DNA from: Anaerolineales bacterium
Lineage (GTDB): Bacteria > Chloroflexota > Anaerolineae > Anaerolineales > UBA11579
Direction of reading: 5' to 3'
DNA: 54,530 nucleotides
Assembly (NCBI GenBank): GCA_024710875.1
Contig: JANJTX010000143.1
Coordinates: 1-54,530 of the forward strand
Under the pieces are notes generated by a model, which was given only the letters and a program-made list of their open reading frames with translations, searched no databases and was not told the origin of the DNA. A program made the translations under genes and the position numbers. Positions 15,883 through 25,616 of this stretch are shown in pieces; within the stretch, counting starts at the first letter, position 1, and each line of letters opens with the position of its first letter.

Positions 15883-17361
15883 ATGAAACTCAACCTGCCC
15901 GACCCCATTACAAGCCAACGCCCGGTGCATAACTGGCTGCGGCCGCTTGCCCTCCATTACCGCCCCGGCCCCACCAACCCGGTGGTTGAAGAAGCCCTCG
16001 CCGGCCTGTTGCGCGCCTTTGAAACCCTCGGCCATCGCGTCCAACCCCAACCGGATGCCGAGACCAAAGCCGTGCTGACCACCGCCAACTACGATGAAAT
16101 GCTCAACTGGCGGCGCGCCCTGATGTTCACCGGCCGCATCCAGCTCAAACTGGAACACACACCCACCGCCTACACCCTCATCCACATCCCGCGCCGCGAA
16201 TTTGACCGCCTGATTGCCTATTTTTCGGCCGCCCTCGCCAAAACGCCGCCCGACCCGGCCGACTTCGTCTTTGAAGGCATGTCGCCCGAAGCCCCGGGGG
16301 TACTGATAGAGCAGGGCCTGCGCGGCGGCCCGCTGCTGGCCCTCATGCGCCTGCTGCAATCCCGCAGCAAGTGCATCCACATCCTGCTGCTGCTGGGCGA
16401 TGACCATCCCGAACGCATCTACCATTTTGACCTCGTGGGCGCGTTTCCCTATAGCGATATCACCCTCGGCGCAGAAGCCTTTTATCTGGATGCCGCCCTG
16501 CGCATCGCCACCTACGAAAGCACCCGCGAAATCACCCGCCATGAAGTCCTGCCACCGCCCATCCCGCGCGCCGTATGGGATGGCCTGACCACCCCGGCCG
16601 CCATGACCCGCGCCGGCCGTGCACTCGGCGAGCGCACCTTCTTTACCGACATGATTCGCATCGCTGACCTCGTGCCCGTACCGGCCATTACTGAATCCAT
16701 TGCCAGCCAGTACTCCGAAGGCTGCTTCGTTACTTACGAACCCGCCGTAGAAGGCCTGATTGCCACCATCACCGGCAGCGCCCGCCCGGTGGACAAGGGC
16801 AACATCACCGAGCGCGATTTGGCCGTCATCGTCGGCGTGCGGCCAGACGGCGAAGGCGCCCAGGTGCGCCACGTCACCGACAAGCAAAACGACCCACCCT
16901 CCTCCGAAGCGGTTGAAATGATGGCGATTGACCTCGCCCTGCCCCAGGTGGACTGGCACGGCCAGCCCGTGCCGGTGCTGCGCTCCAAACTGCACGGCCA
17001 CCGCGGCGTGAAAGCCTATAACCCGGCCCGCGTGGCCTACATTCCGCTCGATACGCCCTATTTCCATTACCTCGTCTCCTGCGCCACCGAGGCCCAGGCC
17101 CGCGGCATCAAGGAAGCTTTCGCCCGCGCCGAGGCCCTGCGCGACCCCGCCGACCCGCGCCCGCTGGCCTTCACCATCCTGCCCGGGCATGGCGTCGTCA
17201 TTGCCGAAAAGTGGGCCGAGGGCAAAGCCCCCCTGCAACTCATTTGGGAAGCGATGGACAACGGCGACCTGGTGATTGACAACTTCGTTCCGCAAGGGCC
17301 GCTGGCCTACGCCCCCGGCCCGGATGGCCGCCATTGGCTGGTCGAATCCGGCCATGCTTAG
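15883..17361 (+). CDS. Hypothetical protein (about 492 aa, no recognisable domain)
   Basis: The amino-acid composition looks protein-like, unlike the G/A/V-rich antisense ORF at 15865-17472. There is no signal peptide. Its stop overlaps the next gene's ATG by 8 nt. The start at ATG 15883 is tentative. Confidence 0.55.
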   Translation: MKLNLPDPITSQRPVHNWLRPLALHYRPGPTNPVVEEALAGLLRAFETLGHRVQPQPDAETKAVLTTANYDEMLNWRRALMFTGRIQLKLEHTPTAYTLIHIPRREFDRLIAYFSAALAKTPPDPADFVFEGMSPEAPGVLIEQGLRGGPLLALMRLLQSRSKCIHILLLLGDDHPERIYHFDLVGAFPYSDITLGAEAFYLDAALRIATYESTREITRHEVLPPPIPRAVWDGLTTPAAMTRAGRALGERTFFTDMIRIADLVPVPAITESIASQYSEGCFVTYEPAVEGLIATITGSARPVDKGNITERDLAVIVGVRPDGEGAQVRHVTDKQNDPPSSEAVEMMAIDLALPQVDWHGQPVPVLRSKLHGHRGVKAYNPARVAYIPLDTPYFHYLVSCATEAQARGIKEAFARAEALRDPADPRPLAFTILPGHGVVIAEKWAEGKAPLQLIWEAMDNGDLVIDNFVPQGPLAYAPGPDGRHWLVESGHA

Positions 17362-18874
17362 CCGCCGCGAATTCCTCAAGTTAAGCGCTTTGCTCCCGCT
17401 GGCGCTGGGCGGGGTGCAGCACATTCCCGCCCGCCAGACCGCCCCACCCGGCACGCCCAATATCCTCATCATCCTGTTTGATACCTGGAGCGCCGAAAAC
17501 CTCAGCCTGTACGGCTACGGCCGCGACACCACCCCCAATCTGCGCCACTGGGCCGAGCGCGCCATCGTCTACCACCGCCACTATTCGGCCGGTAATTACA
17601 CTATCCCCTCCACCGCCAGTCTGCTCACCGGTGTATATCCCTGGCGACATCGCGCCTTCCGCCTCTATGACCGCATGCTGCCCGCCTGGGCCAGCCGCAA
17701 TCTGTTTTCCGCTTTTCCAGATGTCCACCGCCTGGCCTATGCCCAGAATCCAATTGCCAATGTGCTCGTCAAACAGGTCAAGGCCAATCTCGACCATTAC
17801 CTGCCCGTGGGCGCCGGGATTGCCCACCCGGACCCCATTTTTACGCCTCTCTTCTCCAGCGACCAGGTCGTCGCCTCCGGTGCCCGTAACACCCTCTTCC
17901 GCGGCCGCCACAGCCCCAGCGGTTCGCTTTTTCTGGCGCCTTTCTATAACCGCCTGCGCCTGGCGCTGGCCGCCCGCCAGCGCGCCGCCGTCCGCGAGCA
18001 GTACCCGATAGGCATGCCTGGCATTGACGACGAAAATTACCTCACCATCGAAGATTCGCTTCGCCTGCTGGTGGAAGAAACTGCCGGACAAACCCAGCCG
18101 TACCTCGGCTATTTTCACTTCTTCCCACCCCACGACCCCTACCGCCCCCATCAGAATTTTATCAACCGCTTCCGGAACGACGGCTTTGAAGTCTCTCGCA
18201 AGCCCATTCACCCGCTGCACCATGCAGAGCACACGCCTCAGATGCTGGTAGACCGGCGCGGTTATGATTCGTACATCGCCCAGATAGATTCAGAACTTGG
18301 CCGCCTGATGCACACCCTGCAACAGCGTGGCGACCTGCAAAATACCATCGTCATCCTGACCTCCGACCACGGGGAAATGTTCGAACGCGGCTTTCGCGGC
18401 CACTTCAATAGATCACTCCATCAGCCAGTTATCCATATCCCGCTGATGGTTTTCATGCCCAATCAGACCGAACGACTGGATATTCTCTCGCCCACCAGCA
18501 CCATTGACCTGCTACCGACAATAGCCCACTGGCTCGGCAAACCTGCCCCGCCCTGGGCCGAAGGCCAGCTGCTGCGCCCCTTCCAACCCGGGCCGCCAGA
18601 CCCGACCCGGCCAGTGTTCACTCTGGAAGCCAAGGAAAACCACCCCAGCCGCCCCGTCAGCCCCTATTCAGCCCAGGTCACCCGTTGGCCCTACAAACTG
18701 ACCGAGTACATGAACTACTCGGAACTATATGAAGACTACAACGGCGAACTGGTGGAACTCTACAACCTGGAAACTGACCCGGACGAACTGCATGACCTGG
18801 CCGCCAGCGAACCCGCCCTGGTGACCGAACTGCGCGCCCTGCTGACCCGGCAACGAGCCGGAGAACCCGCATGA
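17354..18874 (+). CDS. Tat-signal sulfatase-fold (alkaline-phosphatase superfamily) hydrolase/transferase with Thr at the nucleophile position
   Basis: Tat motif (MLSRREFLKL). Sulfatase blocks are present (ILIILFDTW, TSDHGEMFERG). The sulfatase signature C/S-x-P-x-R reads T-I-P-S-T within YTIPSTASLLTG. Confidence 0.8.
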   Translation: MLSRREFLKLSALLPLALGGVQHIPARQTAPPGTPNILIILFDTWSAENLSLYGYGRDTTPNLRHWAERAIVYHRHYSAGNYTIPSTASLLTGVYPWRHRAFRLYDRMLPAWASRNLFSAFPDVHRLAYAQNPIANVLVKQVKANLDHYLPVGAGIAHPDPIFTPLFSSDQVVASGARNTLFRGRHSPSGSLFLAPFYNRLRLALAARQRAAVREQYPIGMPGIDDENYLTIEDSLRLLVEETAGQTQPYLGYFHFFPPHDPYRPHQNFINRFRNDGFEVSRKPIHPLHHAEHTPQMLVDRRGYDSYIAQIDSELGRLMHTLQQRGDLQNTIVILTSDHGEMFERGFRGHFNRSLHQPVIHIPLMVFMPNQTERLDILSPTSTIDLLPTIAHWLGKPAPPWAEGQLLRPFQPGPPDPTRPVFTLEAKENHPSRPVSPYSAQVTRWPYKLTEYMNYSELYEDYNGELVELYNLETDPDELHDLAASEPALVTELRALLTRQRAGEPA

Positions 18875-19425
18875 CGCCGAGCCCTCGCCAGACCTACTGG
18901 CAGTTCTTCCTCTGGGTGGCTTTCCCGGTCCATGCCTGGGGCATCGCCATCTGGCTGATGAATGCGGATGCCTACGCCGCCCGCGCACTTTCAGAAGCCT
19001 TTGGCCTGGGCGGCTACTTGCTGCTGGGCGCTTTAGTGGAAAGCCTGCTGGTGTTCGGCTTCTTCGCCACCCTCAGCCTGCTCTTGCCGCGCCGCTGGCC
19101 TCTGCTGCAGCGGCTGGATGCCCTGCGCGGCCTGCTGCTGACGGCCACCTTCTGGGCGCTGGCGCTCCAGGCGGTGATTGCCTTTGTCATCCGCCAGCCG
19201 GCGCGGCACGCCGCCTGGGTTCAGGTGCTTAATGCCCACTGGGGGCCATTGCTGCTTCTGCTGGCGCTCATCCTCCTCTCTATCGGCCTGCCCCTCTGGG
19301 CCGCCACCCGGCCCGGCTGGCGCCGCCTGCTGGCCGCCCTGCAGGAGCGCGTCAGCCTGTTCAGTGTTCTGTATCTGGGCCTGGATGCCATCGGCATCCT
19401 GATTGTCCTGTTCCGCAACCTGTAA
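18871..19425 (+). CDS. Hypothetical integral membrane protein
   Basis: 184 aa with 5-6 hydrophobic helices. It has an ATGA start/stop overlap with the sulfatase-fold gene. Confidence 0.5.
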   Translation: MTPSPRQTYWQFFLWVAFPVHAWGIAIWLMNADAYAARALSEAFGLGGYLLLGALVESLLVFGFFATLSLLLPRRWPLLQRLDALRGLLLTATFWALALQAVIAFVIRQPARHAAWVQVLNAHWGPLLLLLALILLSIGLPLWAATRPGWRRLLAALQERVSLFSVLYLGLDAIGILIVLFRNL

Positions 19426-19517
19426 GCCGTCCACCACCCTACAAAATCCTTAGCCTACAAGACTGATAGCCCGCTGGCCCACTCGCCCCTCTATAATCAG
19501 AAGCGAGTACAACTGCC

Positions 19518-20240
19518 ATGACCATCAGCCCGGATACCCGCCCCCGCCCAACCTGGCTCAACAGCGAATTGTGTGTGCTGGAAGAACCGCTGGCCTGGCT
19601 TCGCAGCTACCAGTCCGGCTGGCTGGCGCATCTGGAAGCCACTGGCGAAATGGATTGGAGCCGCTATGTGCCGCCCCACAACCGGCTTGCCCCGGCTGGG
19701 GCTGGCCTGCAACTGGCCCGCGCTCGCCTGCTGCTGGTCTCCCTTTCCGGCTATGCCCCGCACCAGCCCTTTGAAACGGACAATCCCCTCGGTGACTATT
19801 CGCTGCGCTGCCTGCCGCTGCCCTCCGCCCCGGATGTCGAGGCGCTGCAACCGCTCCAGATTTTGCAAAAACTGACCCCGGCCCATTTCAAGGAACTCTG
19901 CCCGGAGGTCATCACCGGCCTCAGCCACCAACCCAACGCCCTGCGCACCGTCAAGGAATTTGCGCCAGCCGTATCCGCCGCCGCCCGCCGGGTCCGCGCC
20001 CACGGCGCCCTGCTGCTGGCTCGCGGGTCGCTGGGGGTTCAGGCCGCCGCCCTCACGGCGCGCGCCCTGGAACTGCACGGCATTGCCAGCGCAGTCCTCG
20101 GTTGGGACTGCGGGTGGGGCGCGAACGCCACCCCGCCGCGACTCATCCTATGCCATCAAACCGATGTCGAAACCGCACTGCTGGCCGGGCTGGAATTGCT
20201 CCAAAGCCCCGCCCCGCAACGCCCACTGCAATTGGCCTGA
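19518..20240 (+). CDS. Hypothetical protein, weak resemblance to GrdB-family (PF07355-like) proteins
   Basis: 240 aa. The pattern LLLVSLSGYAPHQPFETDNPLGDYSLRCLP resembles the non-selenoprotein GrdB-like family. It has neither Sec nor the conserved Cys. Confidence 0.35.
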   Translation: MTISPDTRPRPTWLNSELCVLEEPLAWLRSYQSGWLAHLEATGEMDWSRYVPPHNRLAPAGAGLQLARARLLLVSLSGYAPHQPFETDNPLGDYSLRCLPLPSAPDVEALQPLQILQKLTPAHFKELCPEVITGLSHQPNALRTVKEFAPAVSAAARRVRAHGALLLARGSLGVQAAALTARALELHGIASAVLGWDCGWGANATPPRLILCHQTDVETALLAGLELLQSPAPQRPLQLA

Positions 20241-20259
20241 AACGCCCGCTGCCAGCCTT

Positions 20260-21300
20260 TCACAGCAACGACTCAATAAACCCCACATAGCGGTTCACCA
20301 TCTCATCCAGCCCAAAGGCATCCACGGCGCGTGCCCGCGCCTTCTGGCGGAAATGCGCGTTATCCTGAAATACTTTATGGGTCATATGGGCCATATCCTG
20401 AATTGGCGGCACCGACAGCGTCAGCGGCTCCCCGGAATACCTCGCCAACCGCCCGGCATCGCCCAGCACTAACTCACTCATTGCCCCGGTATCGAAGGAA
20501 ACCACCGGCAGGCCGCAGGCCAGGGCTTCAATCACGCTGTTCGGGCAAGCCGGGTGCAGGTCGGCGGCAAACAAGGCATGCGCCGAGCGGTCCAGCCGCG
20601 GGATCTCCGTCCCCGGCACCAGGCCAGCCCACAACAGCGGCACCTGGGCTTCTGCATCCCAGCGGGCCTGTAGCTCCGGCGCCACCTTGCCGGCAATCAT
20701 CAACTCAATGTTCACCCCGTGGCTGTCGTGCAAACGCTCGGCCAATGCAATCCCATTTGCCAGTCCCTCCTCATAGCCCCCGGCCAGGCTGCCCTCCACC
20801 ATCAGCAGGCGCATCCGGTCGGTTGGCCGGTCGTGTTCACCTTCCGGGGTGAAAACCTCCAGCGGCACGCCGTTGTAAATTACGGTATGCGGCACGCCCA
20901 GCAGCCGGCCATACCAGCGCAGCCACCAACCCACCACAAACTGGCTCTGGTACACCACCCCGCTGGCCAGCCGCCGCCGGATGAACGCCAGCAGTAAATT
21001 GCCCCGCTCGGCCCGCAGCCAATGCCGCCAACCGGTGCGCCGCTGGCGGTGCAGCCAGTTCAGCCCATCCAGCCGCTGGATGACCGGAATGCCCGCCCGC
21101 CGCGCCCGCGCCAGCCCCGCCAACTGGCGCGTACCGCCCACGACCAGCACCGCATCGATTGGCCGGTCGTTTAGGTCATCGGTGGTTTCAATTCCGCGCT
21201 GCGCCAGCCCGGCCAGCAACCGCCCGCGAAATGACACCATCCCCCCCACGCCGGAGACTTTAGGAACCACGCACAGCCGTTTCAATTTGCGGGTCTGCAT
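20260..21300 (-). CDS. Glycosyltransferase family 4 (GT-B fold)
   Basis: 346 aa. N-terminus VSGVGGMVSF and a C-terminal EALACGLPVVSFDTGA block (an E-x7-E-like region). Confidence 0.8.
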   Translation of the reverse strand: MQTRKLKRLCVVPKVSGVGGMVSFRGRLLAGLAQRGIETTDDLNDRPIDAVLVVGGTRQLAGLARARRAGIPVIQRLDGLNWLHRQRRTGWRHWLRAERGNLLLAFIRRRLASGVVYQSQFVVGWWLRWYGRLLGVPHTVIYNGVPLEVFTPEGEHDRPTDRMRLLMVEGSLAGGYEEGLANGIALAERLHDSHGVNIELMIAGKVAPELQARWDAEAQVPLLWAGLVPGTEIPRLDRSAHALFAADLHPACPNSVIEALACGLPVVSFDTGAMSELVLGDAGRLARYSGEPLTLSVPPIQDMAHMTHKVFQDNAHFRQKARARAVDAFGLDEMVNRYVGFIESLL

Positions 21301-21314
21301 ACCCGGAATTGTAC

Positions 21315-21395
21315 CCCGCGCCCACTCCCCTCCTCTGCCTCCCTACCCCTCGTCTCCCTGTCTCCCTGTTTCCCTGTCTACCTGCCTCCCTTCCC
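21315..21395. repeat. Polypyrimidine tract / G-tract array on the minus strand
   Basis: About 80 nt that is almost exclusively C/T on the plus strand. It contains at least 7 C3-4 runs and repeated CTCCCTGT units, and lies directly upstream of the GT4 start on its coding strand. Confidence 0.8.
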
Positions 21396-21433
21396 TGCCT
21401 TTATTAGCCCAAACGTTCTTGTTCACGTTCCGG

Positions 21434-21442
21434 TGATATAAT
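21434..21442 (+). promoter_or_regulatory. Extended -10 promoter (TGATATAAT)
   Basis: A perfect TGnTATAAT 28 nt upstream of ATG 21470, with a GGAGG SD at 21461-21465. Confidence 0.5.
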
Positions 21443-21469
21443 AGCCCTTGTTAATCTTCTGGAGGCTGC

Positions 21470-22099
21470 ATGGAAATCACCTGGTACGGACACTCCTGTT
21501 TTCGCATCACCGAACGTGGCATGGCCACGGTTGTTACTGACCCCTACGACCACAAAGAAGTCGGTTTCGGCGAACTCAAAGCCAAAGGCGATATCGTCAC
21601 CATCAGCCATAACGCCCCCGGCCACAACAACACCAAAGCCATCAAGGGTAGCGCATGGACCCTCGACCACGCCGGTGAGTATGAAATCGGCGGGGTCTTC
21701 ATCACCGCCGTCGCCATCGGTAGCAATGGCGAGCGCAATATGGTGTTCGTCTTTGATTATGACGGCCTCAACGTCTGCCACCTCGGCGACCTCACCGCCG
21801 TACCGGCCCGCAAGGAAATCGAACAGTTCGGCAACGTGGATATCCTGCTCGTGCCAGTCGGCGGCGGCAACAGCCTCAACGCCGCCAAAGCCGCCGAAGT
21901 CATCAGTATGATTGAACCGGCGCTGGTTGTGCCGATGCATTACGCTGTAGAGGGCGCAAAGGCCAATCTCACTTCGCTGAACGCATTCCAAAAACAAATG
22001 GGCATGAGCGATAAAGTCGAAGTTCAGGACTCGCTCAAAATCACTCGCAGCGGCCTGCCGGAAGACACCCAGGTCGTCATCCTTAAAGTCAACCAGTAA
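21470..22099 (+). CDS. MBL-fold metallo-hydrolase
   Basis: 209 aa with MEITWYGHSCFRI and later HLGD / PMHY motifs, as in Lactamase_B_3-type proteins. Confidence 0.75.
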   Translation: MEITWYGHSCFRITERGMATVVTDPYDHKEVGFGELKAKGDIVTISHNAPGHNNTKAIKGSAWTLDHAGEYEIGGVFITAVAIGSNGERNMVFVFDYDGLNVCHLGDLTAVPARKEIEQFGNVDILLVPVGGGNSLNAAKAAEVISMIEPALVVPMHYAVEGAKANLTSLNAFQKQMGMSDKVEVQDSLKITRSGLPEDTQVVILKVNQ

Positions 22100-22116
22100 A
22101 TCACTGGGAGCAGCGC

Positions 22117-22425
22117 ATGGACAAAGTCAAACTGATGATGAGCTGGGACATCCTGCCCGGCAAAGAAGAAGAATACTTTGAATTCCATGTGCGCCAGTTC
22201 GTCCCCGAACTGGAAAAGATGGGGCTGGCAGTCAACGAAGCCTGGCTCACGGTCTATGGCGACCACCAGCCGCGCCTGATGGCCGAAGCCATCATCTCCA
22301 GCCTGGGCAGCGCCCGCCAGGTTCTGCGCTCGGCCGCCTGGCGCGCCCTGGATAATGAACTGGATGAATTGGTAGAGAATTTCGCTTACAAGGTCATCCC
22401 GGCCCGCACCCGCTGGCAGATGTAA
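22117..22425 (+). CDS. Hypothetical small protein
   Basis: 102 aa, with an RBS-like GGGAG upstream and normal composition. No family was recognised. Confidence 0.45.
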   Translation: MDKVKLMMSWDILPGKEEEYFEFHVRQFVPELEKMGLAVNEAWLTVYGDHQPRLMAEAIISSLGSARQVLRSAAWRALDNELDELVENFAYKVIPARTRWQM

Positions 22426-22434
22426 CCCCCCCGT

Positions 22435-23493
22435 TTGTCTGCTTTTTCCCGCCCCCTTTTACGCTGGTACAAAAAGAACCCCCGCCCGCTGCCGTGGCGC
22501 GGCCAACCCGACCCGTATGCCGTCTGGGTTTCGGAAATCATGGCCCAGCAAACCCGGCTTGAAACCGTCATCCCCTATTACGAACGCTGGCTGGCGCGCT
22601 TCCCCAGCATTCAGGCCCTGGCTACCGCCCCCCAGCAGGAGGTCCTCGCCCTGTGGGAGGGCCTCGGCTATTACAGCCGGGCGCGCAACCTGCACGCCGC
22701 CGCCCAGCAGGTGGTGGCCGAGCATGGCGGGCAACTGCCCACCGCCCCAGCCGCCCTGCGCCGCCTGCCCGGTATTGGCCGCTACACCGCCGGGGCGATT
22801 GCCTCGCTGGCCTTCGGGCTGGATGAACCGGTGGTGGATGGCAACGTCAAGCGCGTCTTGAGCCGCGTGTTTGATGTCAACCTGCCGGTAGATAGCGCCG
22901 CCGGCGAGCAGCGCATCTGGGAGCTGGCCGCCGAGCACCTGCCGCCCGGCCGCGCTGCCGACTACAACCAGGCCCTCATGGACCTGGGCGCCCGCGTGTG
23001 CCTGCCGCGTAACCCCGCCTGCGGCGAGTGCCCCTTGCAATCCCAATGCCGCGCCTGCGCCCTCCGCAACCAGACCGAACGCCCGGTCACCAAACCCAAA
23101 CCCGTCATCCCACACGTGCTGGTCGTGGCGGCCGTGATTCGGCGCAACGGGCGCGTCCTGCTGGCCCAGCGCCCGGCCGGCGGCCTGCTGGGCGGGCTGT
23201 GGGAATTCCCCGGCGGCAAAGTGGAAGACGGCGAAAGCCTGCCCACCGCCCTGCAACGCGAAATCCAGGAAGAACTGGCGGTGGCAATCGCGGTCGGCGG
23301 CGAACTGGGCGTGTATCAGCACGCCTACAGCCACTACCGCGTGACTCTGCACGCCTTTGACTGTACACTGGTAAAGGGCACGCCCCGACCGCTGGTGGCC
23401 CAGGCTCTGCGCTGGGCGCGCCCGGCCGAACTGTCGGACTACCCGATGGGCAAACTCGACCGCGCCATCGCCACCGCCCTGCAAAAGAAGTAG
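22435..23493 (+). CDS. mutY: A/G-specific adenine DNA glycosylase MutY
   Basis: LPWR...PYAVWVSEIMAQQT, an HhH motif (LPGIGRYTAGAI), a 4Fe-4S loop (C-x6-C-x2-C-x5-C) and a C-terminal NUDIX-like domain (WEFPGGKVEDGE). The TTG start at 22435 is uncertain. Confidence 0.85.
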   Translation: MSAFSRPLLRWYKKNPRPLPWRGQPDPYAVWVSEIMAQQTRLETVIPYYERWLARFPSIQALATAPQQEVLALWEGLGYYSRARNLHAAAQQVVAEHGGQLPTAPAALRRLPGIGRYTAGAIASLAFGLDEPVVDGNVKRVLSRVFDVNLPVDSAAGEQRIWELAAEHLPPGRAADYNQALMDLGARVCLPRNPACGECPLQSQCRACALRNQTERPVTKPKPVIPHVLVVAAVIRRNGRVLLAQRPAGGLLGGLWEFPGGKVEDGESLPTALQREIQEELAVAIAVGGELGVYQHAYSHYRVTLHAFDCTLVKGTPRPLVAQALRWARPAELSDYPMGKLDRAIATALQKK

Positions 23494-23503
23494 CACTGCC
23501 TCA

Positions 23504-23538
23504 TTTCCAGTTACCAATTACCAGATACTTGTTACCCT
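23504..23538. repeat. STRR-like heptamer array (TTTCCAG TTACCAA TTACCAG ATACTTG TTACCCT)
   Basis: Five contiguous 7-nt units of the TTACCAA family. Confidence 0.8.
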
Positions 23539-23541
23539 CCC

Positions 23542-23856
23542 ATGCCCACCCCCAAATTCCAACGTACCCGTGAAGACTTCATCTGCGCCCACTGCGGCGA
23601 AGCGGTGCGTGGCGATGGCTACACCAACCACTGCCCGGCCTGCCTGTACAGCCAGCATGTGGATATAAACCCCGGCGACCGCGCCGAAACCTGCCGCGGC
23701 CTGATGCAACCGGTGGGGGTGGAGCACAAAAAAGGCCAATACCGCCTGCTGCACCGCTGCCTGACCTGCGGCGCCGAACGCTGGAACAAAGCCGCCCCGG
23801 CCGACTCCTTCGACCTCATCCTGCAAATTGCCGCCGAACAAAGCGGCCCGCCATGA
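23542..23856 (+). CDS. RNHCP domain-containing protein
   Basis: 104 aa. It has CAHCG...NHCPAC...CLTCG zinc-ribbon-like Cys pairs and the eponymous NHCP motif. Confidence 0.65.
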   Translation: MPTPKFQRTREDFICAHCGEAVRGDGYTNHCPACLYSQHVDINPGDRAETCRGLMQPVGVEHKKGQYRLLHRCLTCGAERWNKAAPADSFDLILQIAAEQSGPP

Positions 23857-24509
23857 CCCCCACTCCGGACTTCGCCACCGCCCGCGCCCGCATGGTGGCC
23901 GAGCAACTGGCCGCCCGCGGTATCCGCGATCCGCGCCTGCTGGCTGCCATGCAGCGCCTGCCACGCCACGCCTTTGTGCCGCCCAGCCAGCGCGCCCGCG
24001 CCTACCAGGATACCCCCCTGCCGATCGGCCTGCAACAGACCATCTCCCAACCCTACATCGTTGCCCGCATGACTGAACTGCTGGAATTGCAGGGCACGGA
24101 AAACGTACTGGAAATCGGCACCGGCAGCGGCTACCAGGCCGCCGTGCTGGCCGCCCTGGCCCGCCGGGTCACCAGCCTTGAGCGCCAGGACCGCCTGGCC
24201 CGTCAATCCGCTCACACGCTCCGGGCGCTGGCAATCCAAAATGTGGAAGTCGTCCATACCGATGGTTCCGGCGGCTGGCCGGCCAACGCGCCCTATGATG
24301 CAATTCTGGTGGCAGCCGCCGCGCCGGGCGTGCCTCCGCCCCTGCTGGAGCAACTCACTGAAGGCGGGCGACTGGTGCTGCCAGTGGGAACGCGCGGCTT
24401 GCAACGCCTGCAAGTGTGGCAGCGGCGCGGCGCTGATTTCCACCACACGCAGCATAACGAGGTCATGTTCGTGCCCCTGCGCGGCAAACACGGCTGGGAC
24501 GCAAGATAA
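23853..24509 (+). CDS. pcm: Protein-L-isoaspartate O-methyltransferase
   Basis: The family pattern (R.FVP......AY.D..LPIG..QTISQP) is present, together with the SAM motif LEIGTGSGYQAAVLA. It has an ATGA overlap with the RNHCP gene. Confidence 0.9.
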   Translation: MTPTPDFATARARMVAEQLAARGIRDPRLLAAMQRLPRHAFVPPSQRARAYQDTPLPIGLQQTISQPYIVARMTELLELQGTENVLEIGTGSGYQAAVLAALARRVTSLERQDRLARQSAHTLRALAIQNVEVVHTDGSGGWPANAPYDAILVAAAAPGVPPPLLEQLTEGGRLVLPVGTRGLQRLQVWQRRGADFHHTQHNEVMFVPLRGKHGWDAR

Positions 24510-24521
24510 TCACAATATGAT

Positions 24522-24551
24522 GCACAAAGATTTATTGTGCAAAATATTTTG
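24522..24551. promoter_or_regulatory. AT-rich overlapping palindromes (GCACAA-N7-TTGTGC and CAAAATATTTTG); candidate operator
   Basis: Two inverted repeats in the only AT-rich stretch upstream of the permease operon. The 12-bp perfect palindrome is at 24540-24551. Confidence 0.3.
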
Positions 24552-24576
24552 ATTAACGATCTGACCGGCGCAATTT

Positions 24577-24585
24577 TGGTACAAT
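24577..24585 (+). promoter_or_regulatory. Extended -10 promoter (TGGTACAAT)
   Basis: A TGnTACAAT ending 9 nt before ATG 24595, with no SD. The leader would be very short or absent. Confidence 0.4.
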
Positions 24586-24594
24586 TCCCCACCG

Positions 24595-25608
<1,014 letters not shown>

Positions 25609-25616
25609 GTGTATCC

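Noticed and set aside
15865-17472. A 535-aa minus-strand ORF opposite the unknown 492-aa gene.
   Set aside because: Its composition (long G/A/V/H runs, no hydrophobic core pattern) looks like a shadow frame. The plus-strand frame has balanced composition and is start/stop-coupled to the downstream sulfatase-fold gene. A codon-usage or GC3 test should confirm the strand choice.
17354-18874. Calling this gene an arylsulfatase and pairing it with the FGE-family gene at 35531.
   Set aside because: The FGly consensus C/S-x-P-x-R is replaced by T-I-P-S-T. FGE-dependent maturation and sulfatase chemistry are therefore unlikely, and the two genes are 17 kb apart.
24540-24551. The CAAAATATTTTG palindrome as a second Zur box.
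   Set aside because: It has 6-0-6 symmetry rather than 7-1-7, lacks the TGAAAAT/ATTTTCA arms, and sits about 30 nt upstream of the extended -10 rather than over it. I kept it only as an unassigned candidate operator.
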